From Geosiphon pyriformis uo1 (Eukaryota; Fungi; Glomeromycota), in contig JAAOMT010000376.1 of assembly GCA_016748015.1 (NCBI GenBank), forward strand, positions 62,001 to 126,000: a DNA stretch of 64,000 bases. The letters are read 5' to 3'. The notes under the pieces are model-generated. The model made no database searches, was not told where the DNA came from, and saw only the letters and a program-made list of their open reading frames with translations. This document shows positions 1-11,949 of this stretch, piece by piece; positions within the stretch are counted from its first letter, which is position 1, and the number at the start of each line of letters is the position of its first letter. Both the position numbers and the translations under genes were made by a program.

Positions 1-217
1 ATTATTATTATTAAATATTATTATTTTATTGTTGTTTTTTAAAGTAATTTATTGAAATAATTTTATAATTATAAAAAAAAAATTTTACAAATTTAATAAA
101 AAATTTTTTTATCTTCCTTTGAAAAAAGAAATAGTTTTAAAATTGGTTTTTCTTTAAATTTCTCAGAGTTTCGTTTATATTTCTAAAAATTATTTTTTAC
201 TTCTTGAAATATAAGTT

Positions 218-220
<3 letters not shown>

Positions 221-250
<30 letters not shown>
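221..250. repeat. (AT)n microsatellite
   Basis: Perfect AT dinucleotide run. Confidence 0.95.
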
Positions 251-252
<2 letters not shown>

Positions 253-674
253 GAAAACTTTTATCAAGGTTTTTTATAGTTTGTAAATTTTCTAATCACA
301 ATAACCTAAGATGAAACTGCCTGATATAATATTTAAATTTCTTAGGATATACGAAAATGAATCAGTTTATTTACTGAGTTTATTATTATTTGTCTTTTTT
401 TATCGGTTTAAGATACCGGAATAAATGTACAAAATAGTTTTAGGGATTTTCAGTGTTTTGTAATTTAATAAAAACAGAACTGGATCAAATGGCTTCAAAG
501 GAATGAATTCTAATCGATTAAGTGAGAATTTAAAGAAAAAATTTATTTTTCTAAATCTGGAAAGATACTTCTTTTCCATTTAAATATCAAAAATATACCT
601 TTTTAAAATATCGTTTAATCTTTTTTAAAGTAGATTTAGGAATATACGGTTTACTCAAAAAAAAAAAAAAAAAA

Positions 675-830
675 ATGCAAAATTTCTTCTTAATCAAATC
701 GAAGAAAATTTTTTTTCCAATTTTATTAATATTCTTATTTCAATTAATTTTTCTGGTGAAATTTTTTTGTTATTTCAACTATCTCAAATACACTAGTCCT
801 TTTTCAAACCATTTATTAACTATAAAGCAA

Positions 831-882
<52 letters not shown>

Positions 883-2153
883 TTCAAGAAATCCCTAAGC
901 TCTTACTTCCTGTAAAAACATTTGAGAATAACAGTATTAAATTTTCCTCAAAAAGGTCAGTTGATAGTAATGAGGGTTACCCTAATAAAAGAGCAATTGG
1001 CCTTCACAACTACGATGAAATCAAGGAACTAAGGGCTATAGCTCAGTTTTCCAATATTCCTTATTGCCTTCCTTATAATGAAATTGGGGAATTCATATTG
1101 CAACCGACTAGAATCACTGGTATTTTATGAAATTGAGTATTATTCAATTAATTAATCCTGGTTTAAGATTCTTATCTATTTATTCATACAAACATAATAG
1201 CCGATGTAGTAGACTCAATCGAAAGCGAAACACTCGTTGCTTTTTTTAAAGGCCCCCACTTGACAAAACCACAATGGCAAACTAGAAAAAACGAGCTTAT
1301 AACATTTAGTATCGCAAGAATGAAAATAAATGAACTAGTAAAAGTGGATCTAGAATGGTTTAAGGATGTTTTAAGGATGATGAGGCCTCTTTTATTTAAA
1401 ATCAGGACTTTACTAAAACTTAATGGATTTAAGAAAATTCTTTTCTGTGGACATGGTGTTGGTGGCGGTTAGTTTTTTTAAGAGAATGAAGCATATTATA
1501 TACATTAAGTTGACTAATTTTTATTTTTTCTTTTAAATGAAAAAAAAATCAAATAGCTTATGCCGCCATAGCAGGCCTATCATTTGCAATAATGAATCTT
1601 TTGGATTTAAATTTATCACTTGATATTTCTATTGGTACTTTGGGCCAACCAAGAGTCGGAAATATAATGTTTGCTAGAATGATGAATGATTTCGTAAAGG
1701 TTATAAGAATAACTCATTACAATGATTATTTCCCACATTTTCCTCCAATTGAAAATGAGAGCACAATAATGCAACATCATGAAAGAGAAATATGGATTGA
1801 AATAGATTGTATTTGTCCCCAAAACACAGAAGGGGTTGTATGGGATTGTGGACAATTAGAAGAAAATCAAGAACAAAGGCTATCTAGATTGCAACAGTTT
1901 ATTCAAGAAAAGTTCTGGATCCCTAGTTATAATCTAGCGGCGGAAAATAAGGTTTGTGAAGAAATAATTTTATCTAAAATAAATTGTTTCTTTCGAAATT
2001 TATAAACTTAATAAAACTTTATATTTTTATTGTATGAATAAATAATAATTTTAGGAATGTAACGCTGGACAAACAATTACAGACTCCAGCAGGGATAATC
2101 ACTTTGGTCCTTATTTTGGTATAACGATTGGTGATTGTACTTCTTTCAATTAA
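675..2153 (+). CDS. Class-3 (Rhizomucor-type) lipase-like protein A, predicted catalytically inactive; 4 exons 675-1119, 1201-1467, 1557-1951, 2055-2153
   Basis: GT-AG introns join in frame. Spliced protein has an N-terminal hydrophobic segment, poly-Asn, KR sites, EIKELRAIAQFSNIPYC, LVAFFKG, nucleophile elbow FCGHGVGGAYAA (canonical GHSLGGA), GQPRVGN, HYNDYFPHFPP, HHEREIW and DNHFGPYFG. Confidence 0.88.
831..878 (+). repeat. (AAT)n microsatellite encoding poly-Asn in the lipase A pro-region
   Basis: About 16 AAT units in frame; absent from paralogue B. Confidence 0.9.
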
Positions 2154-4698
2154 TGATAATGATCAACAGATAATTTGGACGCGAGAAAAAATTTTTAATA
2201 TTTCTTTCATAGTAATTTTTATTTTAGGATCTTTACTTAGAGGCTATTTATTCATCCAAACTAATTTAAGTTTATTTAACCAAATTCTAAAAATATATAT
2301 TAGCTTTTAAGAATTATAATATTGACCCTTTATAGGTAAAAGAAATAAAATTTGAAAAATTTATTTAGAAAACTTCAACATCCACTACAAAAAGTAATAA
2401 AATAGAAAAATTTATACTTTAATTTTATTTGATATTTGGTTGCTTGATTTTAATATTTCGGTTAATTTTATTGTAAAAAAAACATATTTGGCTGATTTAA
2501 AAATATTTTACTTGCAACCACAGTGACTTTTCTTTAACATGTTGTTTTTTCGTTCTTTTAAATGAGGCAACCATAGTAAGTTTGATCCGAGAGAAAGGCT
2601 CATTCAAATTTCTAGATTAAACACGAATATCCATAATCTTATTTTGGGAAAATCAAATTTGTCCTGATTTTTTTTTGTAGACAAAAGGACACCAAAATTT
2701 ATAAAAGTAATCAGCTAATGTCTGAAGATAGTTACAAACTATCAATCATACAGAACATATAAACCTCAATAACTTGAGTTTCTTCTCTTGGTATTACAGC
2801 TCATTGGATTAAAACAGACTGGCAGATGAAGAACATAATAATTAATTTTATGTATCTACAAGGAAGCAATCTCATTAATGCTTTTTATAAATTACTGAAA
2901 AATTATGATATTGTGACCAAGGTGTAACTTCATATTAATTTTGAATTGATTGAAATACTAAGTTATCATGCCATTTTATAATAATAGATGTATTAAACGA
3001 TGATAATATTTTTTATTTCAATAAAATTTGTCCAGTGTTTTGGATATATTATTATTTAAATATTTTGAAAAAATTCTAAAACAAGAGAATCAACTACAAA
3101 AATAAATAAATAATAATAAGAATGTTTGCTTTTTAGAAATAATCAAAAAAATAATATAAATTACAATTGAAATTTTTGAAATTGTTCTTTTTATTTTTTT
3201 AATGAAAAGAGTTTTTTTACCTTTGCAAATTAAAATTTTATTTTTTTAACATTTAAAATTATAAAACAAATTTTTTTATTCACATCACATTTATTAATCT
3301 CTTAATAACAGCACTAATTAATAGAACTCTATCTAAATATTTTTTTTTAAGCATTAAGTTGAATCAAAATTAAACAAAATTAAAGTTTTAATAAATTTAA
3401 AATTCTGCAATATTTATAAAAACCACAAACGCTATAGATATTTGAAAATATTTCATTATTGAAATAATATTATTGATAATTCAAAATTATATCATTACTT
3501 TTGCTTTTTTAATTACTAATAGTTATTAGATTAAATGCTATCAAGTCAGGTTATAGTACATTTATAAATTAACTAGTTTAGTTTAACTTGAAACTAAACC
3601 AAAAATTAATTTGAATTCATCTAATTTGATATGAACAAAAAACTTAAAAATAAATAATTATATAATATAAATTTTTAAAGATTTATTATGCCAAATTCTA
3701 ATTTTTTGTTGTACTTTAATTTTTGAAAAATGTGGTTGCTAATTCTAATACTTTAACTTAATTGGGTAAAAATAAAAATAAAAATAAAAATATTATGATT
3801 ACAAAAATAAACATTAATTATATATTAAAAAAGCTAAAGTTTTTTTCTATTTTTAATCTATTAATAATAATTATCTTTTTAAAATTGTACAAAAATTTAG
3901 ATTTATATAAAAAATTTTTAACAAACTATTTTTTGTAGAAAAACTTTTAATTCAAATTTTTTTTTTAAAATACAAAAGAAACCAATTTTTACAAAGTTGA
4001 ATTTGACTTATAACAGTAATGACCATATTTATTTGTATATTTAAATAATTTTTTCTTGAATTGAGTCAATAAATTGATTAAGGTGAGTTTTGAAAGTATG
4101 AAATTCAAGGAAATTTAATTACTTTTATTTTAATTTTCAAATTATCTAACGTTTTTATTCTTGTTTTAAATGAGAAATATTTTATTTTATATAACATTTT
4201 AATTATACTTTTAAACGTTAATATTAATTTCCTAGATGAAGTAAAATCAAAAATACTTGAATTTTTGAAATCTTTTAATTTAAATTCGCTAATTATATTT
4301 AGATAGAAATTTTATTTTTCATTAATATTGGGAAATGATCGTAGCATAAATCTAACCTCAAATTAAAAAAAAAAAGGATTCAATAAATTTCACAAGTGGG
4401 TGCAGCAAGCATCTCTTTTTAAAATTTCTTTATATAGTTTAGACGAGTTATGCTCAATGATGATTAATGAAAAAATGCATAAATTGAATTCTCACGCATC
4501 AAGTTCTAGATTATCAAACTTGTTTTTTCAGGTCACAAAATACCTTTTAGGATTTTGACCTTTTTTGAAACAATAATGAGAACCATTTAAGATAAAAGGA
4601 AACAAATTTGCAAGGTAGAGTTAAAGGGAATACCTCAAAATCTCATATAAACTTATTTCAAAGACATTCAAACCTTGATTTTTTTTTTTCAATCTAAT

Positions 4699-6623
4699 AT
4701 GGACACGAATGAAAATAATACGCTATCTGAAAAAGAATTTGAACAAGAAAAAATTTCGGTTATCGTTTTGGATGATGCATCTAGCGTTGATAATGAATCA
4801 AGAAGCTCCCAAGCTTCCTCTACAAGGAGATTAATTGGAAATATTGATGTTAAGAAACGAATTTATGGTATTAACAAAATTTAACTGAAATTCATTGTCG
4901 CAAAAATAATGAAAGCTTTTGTAATAAACGTTTTCATCTTTATTTCTTCATAGAAACATTTATAGGAATCTTTAGCCCAATCAATCTCTTCTTTTTAAAC
5001 TTCTCTTCTTCAATTTCATCCTTCTTTGCTCTTATAAAAAAAAACTACATAACGGCGTTCGGTAAAAATATTTCCTCGTTGTGGAAGAATAGCCTCGCCT
5101 TAATCTCATTAGTATTGAAAAAATGCAAAGATTACACCTTAACCGATTTTTTGGAATTTTTAATCAAATTTTTTAAATTCATGGGCAAAGCCCTTCGATA
5201 TTTCTGGCTTACAATTCTCTCGACGATCTTTGTTGGATTTATTATTTTGGGTATTTTTTGGGTTTTATGGATAGCCTATTGGCTTATTTTTGGGGTAAAT
5301 ATTTGTAAAATTAAAAAAGTAAAAAAGTAAAAAAGTAAAGCGTTACATAATCAATTGATGAAAATCTTTTTCTTTTTTTTTTTTATGCAGATTCCGATTT
5401 TGATCATTAGCCAACAATGCAATAATTTGAATCCTTCTGACGGCCCTGTAACTCATTTTAGTTATGATCCATCCATATTTAAAGATTTGGATATTAATGC
5501 TTTTGGTCATAATTATATTGTAAACTTTCAATCTCTTTGAATATGAAAATTATTTATATTCTCTAGGTAAATAATTATATTTACTTTTCTTCAATAGAGC
5601 CGAAACGTTTTTATTTATCAAAATAATGCGACTACACCGAATATTACGGTAGATTTCAAATCGATAACACTTCAAAAAAAGGCCCTCAAACATACACTTT
5701 ATCAAGGTGAATATGTACATGGATTAGACTTTGTAAGTAAATTTTATCAAATTTTTAACAAAATTTCAGCCAAATATCTAACATTATTCTTAAATAAATA
5801 TTTTAAAAAAAAAAAGTATTTGCCAAGCGTCTCGAGTTTTTGGAACTTATTTTCTTTAAACACGTTAATGGGTAGATGTGCAAGCATTAACGTAGATATT
5901 CATCTACCAATAAAGCTCAAAGACCCTCAAAACACGATAACGAATTTGGAAATACTAAATTTTAATGTGAACATCATGAAAAACCCTGTAATCTATAATC
6001 ATTCTGCGCTGAATATCAAGGCAATTAATGGAAATATCAATGTTTATGTAAGTATTAAAAATTTAAATGTTAAATTTTTACCAAGATTGAAATTTTCAAT
6101 TTCTTAATTAATAATTTGATTAAATTGTTTTTAAATTAGGATTTATCAGCTCGTTCAGCCTCTTTAACAATAAAGAGAGGTGGAAATATGACTGGGGTTA
6201 TTGCTGAAATCCAAGATGAACTTTATGCAAGCAATAATGAGGGTAATTATATTAACCTTGTCATTAAAAATATCACTGGTAAAGGATCCCCTAAAATTGA
6301 AGCAAAAACAGAGAGTGGACGTTTATCCTTGATTTTTGTAAGATCAAAATTCCATTTTTACGAATTTTTTTTAGAAATCATTTTACTTTATTTTTCTCAT
6401 TATAAATATGAAAAATCTTTTGTAGGAAAACCATACCTTTTCAGGTACATACAATCTATCGACAAAAAAAGGTGATATTCTTATCAAATATCCGGATGCC
6501 ATAGATTTTCAAAAAAAAGGTATCAAAGAAAAATTTGGAACTCTTGATATTGTCGGAATGGAAAATCTTGATTCAAAGTTAATTGCAAATTCGACTAGCG
6601 GCAATATAAGAATTGGGTTTTAA
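4699..6623 (+). CDS. Membrane-anchored protein with C-terminal adhesin/DUF4097-like beta-strand repeats; 7 exons 4699-4867, 4954-5294, 5391-5519, 5598-5732, 5817-6047, 6140-6337, 6426-6623
   Basis: All introns are GT-AG and in frame. Acidic N-terminus, long TM segment (YFWLTILSTIFVGFIILGIFWVLWIAYWLIFG), then repeated motifs AINGNINV, TESGRLSL, TKKGDILI, STSGNIRI. The domain name comes from pattern recognition, not a search. Confidence 0.7.
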
Positions 6624-6696
6624 TCTTCTTTGATTTGTTGACCTATTGTATTTAGTTTTCTTTTGTAGATTTTTTGTATTCATACTTTTTTCGTTG

Positions 6697-6743
<47 letters not shown>

Positions 6744-6840
6744 TTTATTATTGTTGTTGTTATTTTTATTGTTATTGTTATTGTTATTGTTATTATTATT
6801 GTCATTGTTATTGTAATTGTTATTATTGTTATTTTTATTA
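6697..6840. repeat. Compound (TTA)n/(TTG)n microsatellite
   Basis: Degenerate trinucleotide array downstream of the adhesin-like gene. Confidence 0.9.
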
Positions 6841-7802
6841 TTTGGGAATTTAATGAATAAATTGGGTTATCATGCTTTAAGCAACCAATTGAAAAGATTA
6901 AAGGTATTTTTCCAATAATCACGAGTACTATAAGTAGAAAACAGTTTTAAAACCGAAATTGTATTTTCCTCCTGATTTGAATTTTAAACAATTCAAATAA
7001 TAAGATAATATTATTAATATTATTACCTTACCAAAGATAAGTTTACCATTGCCCAAATAAATTCGAAATGATATCAAAAAGTAGCATTTTGAAAATTCAG
7101 CTTATTGGCTTTTCCTTGAAATTTTAAATTTTTGCTCATTTTCTAATCACAAAATAGTGCAGTAATTGATGAATATTAAAAAAAAAAAAAAAAAATAGTT
7201 CTTTATTTTAAGTTTAAAACTGGCCTTTAAAATATTCAGAGGAAAATAAAATGATTTTTTGACAGCTAGCCATGGTAAATTTTCTCGAGAAAACGTGTTT
7301 GAAATTTTTATCATATTTGGGATATTGTGGATATAGAATAATGGGAGTAAATAGACTTTTAACAAAAACAATCAAAAATTATTATTGAGACTTTAGCATT
7401 TTCTCTTATTGGTCTTGGATAAAGGAACTACCAATATAAAAATTAAAACTTTATCTAATGATCTTATCAGAATTTCAGTGAAATATACAAATTTTTTTCT
7501 TATAAATATTTTACCAAAAATTTCTTTTCATTTCTTTTCAAATTAGATGTCACAACAACTATATTAAAAAAAAAAGTGAGTGTCTTGGAATAAAGGATTC
7601 TTTTGAAAGTTCCCTTCATTATTTATTTTTAAATTTAATGTTAAAAATTTAACACTCATTATTTGAAAAAACAAATAATAATTTTGTGTTAGGTCAATTT
7701 GTAAAAACCATTAATTTAATTAATAACTAAAAAATTATAACTCTACCCTAGTAGCTTTTTTGAGAGAGATTCTATGAAAAAAATTCCTATAAAAAGCTCC
7801 TC

Positions 7803-9217
7803 CTATAAGTTCCTACAATCACCAATCGTTATACCAAAATAAGGACCAAAGTGATTATCCCTGCTGGAGTCTGTAATTGTTTGTCCAGCATTACATTCCT
7901 AAAATTATTATTCATATAAAAAAAAATATAAAGGTTTTAACCAAGTTCATAAATTTCGAAAGAGACAATTTTATTTTAAAGAAAATCATTTTGTCACTAA
8001 CTTTATTTTCCATCGCTAAATCATCACCAGGAATCCAAAACTTTTCTTGTATAAACTGTCGCACTCCAGCTAGCCTTTTTTCTTCATTTTTCTCGAATTT
8101 TCCACAATCCCATACAACCCCTTCTGTGTTTTGGGGACAATTACAATCTATTTCAATCCATATTTCTCTTTCATGATGTTGCATTATTGTTCTCTGATTT
8201 TCAATTGGAGGAAAATGTGGGAAATAATCATTGTGAAGAGTTATTCTTGTAACCTTTACGATATCATTCATCATTCTAGCAAACATTATATTTCCGGTTC
8301 TTGGTTGACCTAAAGTACCAACAGAAATATCAAGTGATAAATTTAAATCCAAAAGATTCATTATTGCAAATGATAGGCCTGCTATGGCGGCATAAGCTAT
8401 TTGTTTTTTTTTCATTAAAAAAGAAAAGAGTCTCAAAATTAGTAAACTAGATATATAATGTGCTGCTTCTCTCTCTTAAAAAAAACTAACCGCCACCAAC
8501 ACCATGTCCACAGAAAAGAATCTTCGTAAATCCAGTATTTTTTAGTTCAAATTTAACATTTTTTAAAAGAGGCTCCCACATAATTGAAATATCATCAAAC
8601 CATTCTTGATCCACTTTTACTAGTTCATTTTTCTCCATTCCCGGAACACTAAATGTTATAAGCTGATTTTTTCTAGTTTGCCATTGTGTTTTTATCAAAT
8701 CGGGGCCTTTAAAAGATATAATGATTGATTTGGCTTCTTCTTCTTTTATTACATCAACTATTTCATTTATATGAATAAATATACAAGAAAAAATTTAAAA
8801 ACAAATTAATTCATATCACAAAATAAAGAAATTAATTAATTGAATAATACTTAGTTTTCATAAATTACCAGTAACTTTAGACTGTTGCCCTGGCCCAATT
8901 TTATTAAAAGGAAAACAATAGAGAGCATTAGAAGCCCTAGCTATCAATTTTAATTCCACGATTTCATCGTATTTGTTAATTGCTCGTTTCTTAGGGTACC
9001 CTTCGTTATTATCAACTGATCTTTTTGAAAAAAAATTAATGCTATCATTTTGAAAAAAAAATTGTTTTATATTTAAGAAATGGTTTGAAAAAGGATATTT
9101 GTATTTTAGATAGTTAAAATGACCAAAGAATTTTATAAGAAAAATTAATTGAAATAAGAATATTAATAAAATTGAAAAAAAAATTTTCTTCGATTTGATT
9201 AGGAAGAAATGTTGCAT
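7803..9217 (-). CDS. Class-3 lipase-like protein B, paralogue of A, predicted catalytically inactive; exons 9217-8869, 8757-8491, 8396-8002, 7898-7803
   Basis: Same intron positions and phases as A. Same GHGVGGAYAA elbow, GQPRTGN, HNDYFPHFPP and DNHFGPYFG motifs. Confidence 0.88.
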
Positions 9218-11020
9218 TTTTTTTTTTTTTGATTAATTCGTATATTCTTAAATTTACTTTAAAAAAGATTACACGATATTTTAAAAAAAGTATACTCTCG
9301 TATTTAAAGAGAAAAGACTTATTTAAAAGTATAAATATTTGTTCAAGATTCTCATTTGATAAGATAAAAAATTTCTTTTATTTTTTTCTGAAAATCCATA
9401 CCACATGTATCAAGCTGCAAGTATCTCAAAAATATTTATTATTTACTTTTTAATACATTTATTCCGGGAATCTTACTCTACTATCAAAGACAATAAACTC
9501 TACTATCAAAGACAATAATGAATTAACCAAATTTATTTTAGTGTTTTGTATACCTAATAAATTTAAATTTTATATTAAACAGTTTCGTCTTTTAAGTTAT
9601 TATGATCAAAAAATTTACAAATAATAAAAACTTAAAAATTGTAAGTTTTAGGATGTTTATATATTCAAATACGTTTAAGAATTTAGATCATTTCTAAAAA
9701 TATAAACTATAATTCAGAGGTGCTAAAACTTTGAAATATTTCTTTAATAATATATTTTCTCTTTTTCCTTTTTAAAATATGATAAAACGTTACTCGCAAT
9801 TTATATATTATATAATAAAAAATTATGATCAAAAATAATTGTCAAAATGTTTTACCTTATCGTACTGCTGAATCATATTTTATGTTTTCTTTTTAAATTG
9901 GTTTTTTTAATGAATCGAAATCTTCAAGTTTTAATATCTTTCAATGTCATTACATTTTATTAAATTAGCTCTTTATCTTTAACATAAGGTGAAAACCTTT
10001 ATATCAATTTAATTCATTAAATTGGGTTCAAATATCTAAAAAAACCTTTCAAAAATAAAGATACCAAAGCAATATAAACACTTTTTTATAGTAGAAAATA
10101 TAGGAGAGAATTTAATTCTAAGAGGCTCTTAAGAAGATATAAAATTAAATAGAATTAAGTTTGGGATATATTTTAAATTGAGTTCGCTTCGAGATATCAT
10201 AATGATAAATATCAAGTCTTAGGATAGCAAATAAAAGTCAATAAAATTTATGACTATTTTAAAATCAAAAAATATAGAATAAGAATAGAAAAATATCTTG
10301 AATAAATATTTAAAATATAGCTTTTATCACAAAAATTAATATTTAATAATAATTAAATATTTAAAAAATACTATTAAATTTATAATTAATTCTATAATAT
10401 AATACAGGATAAAAGTTTTTTATATCAATGAAAATGAATTAAAAAACCAAAATATTGTAAATACAAAGAACTGGAACAATTATTTTTTGCCTTTAAATTT
10501 ATTTTATATTTTATAAACTTGGTTTTTAAAATTAAATCTGATTACCTATGTAAATTTTTACAAAATTTTGATTATTTTTAATACAAATTTTATTGTAAAT
10601 TTTAAAAATGATTTAATATTTTTTATATAAATTAATTATTTTCATAATACTTAAATCTAATAAATTATTAAATATGTTAAAAATTAATACAAAAATTTTA
10701 TAAAAAATTAATCTAATATTAAATATAATTATTAAACTTATATAATAAATTAGTTTTTGCTTTTATATTTACTTTTGTCTTATAAATAACTATTATTTTT
10801 AATTATTCAAATAAAAAAATCAAAATAAATAATTAATAAATAAATTAACAATAAATTTTGAATTTTTTTGGAATTTTTAACATTTTATTTATTTATTTAA
10901 CAACAATAAATATTTTATAAAATACAAAATTAAAACTTTTTTGTTTATTACTAATATAAAATTATTAAATTATATAACAAGTAATTACAATAATTTTTTA
11001 ATGTTTTTTTAATAATAATA

Positions 11021-11070
<50 letters not shown>

Positions 11071-11949
11071 AATTTAATAAAACCAATATTATTTTTTTAA
11101 AAAAAATTTTATGTAAGTTTTAATGTATTAACCTTTAAACTAATAAATATATTTTTTAAAAATAAAAAAATAAACCAAAATAAAAAACTCTTAATTTAAT
11201 TAATAAATCATTAAAATAAAAGAGCAAATAAACAAATTTTTAAATTATACAAAAATTAAAAAATTAAAATGAGATTTAATTTTAATTTAAACATAATTAT
11301 TTTAATATTTAATAATAAAAATTTAATAATCTGTTTAAATTAAAATTTTCTAAAATTATTTAAAATTTAATTTTTATTTAATAATAAAAATTTTAATATA
11401 CATAATTAAAATAATTAATTACTTTATTAATTTAATTTAAACAATAAATTATTAATTAATTTAATTACTTAATATTTTTTAAACCAAATTTAAAAAACTT
11501 TTTTTTTTGTTTTTTCTAAAAACCCAAGAAAAAAAATTTTTAAACAAGTTTTTTGTTTTTATTTTTTTATTTAAAAATTAGTAGACGTCTATAGTTTAAT
11601 TTAAGTATGTTTAATAAGAAAACTGGTGAAAATTTTGGGTTTAAAAAAATTACAACAAATAAATTAAAAAAGTTTGAAAAAAAGATCAAAATTTTTAATT
11701 TTAACAATAATATAATTTTAAATAAGTTCGAAATATTTGGTAATAAATATAATATTGTAAATAAAAATAAACAAATAAAACTAATATCAAAATATAATTA
11801 TATAATATCATAATAGTTTTAAAATAAATACACTTAAAACAAACTTGGTAAAGAATATGATAATAGTTTTTTTAAAAAACCAAATTTTAATATATTTAAT
11901 AATAATAATAAAATAATTATAAAACTGTTTTCTGCATTTTTAAAGATTG

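Noticed and set aside
6680-6922. 80-aa Ile/Thr-rich ORF
   Set aside because: Translation of a microsatellite.
11607-11813. Short K/N/I/F-rich ORFs in AT DNA (also 2128-2310, 7147-7371, 9229-9453, 15125-15391, 46453-46677, 48371-48556)
   Set aside because: Composition-driven chance ORFs with no splice or domain support.
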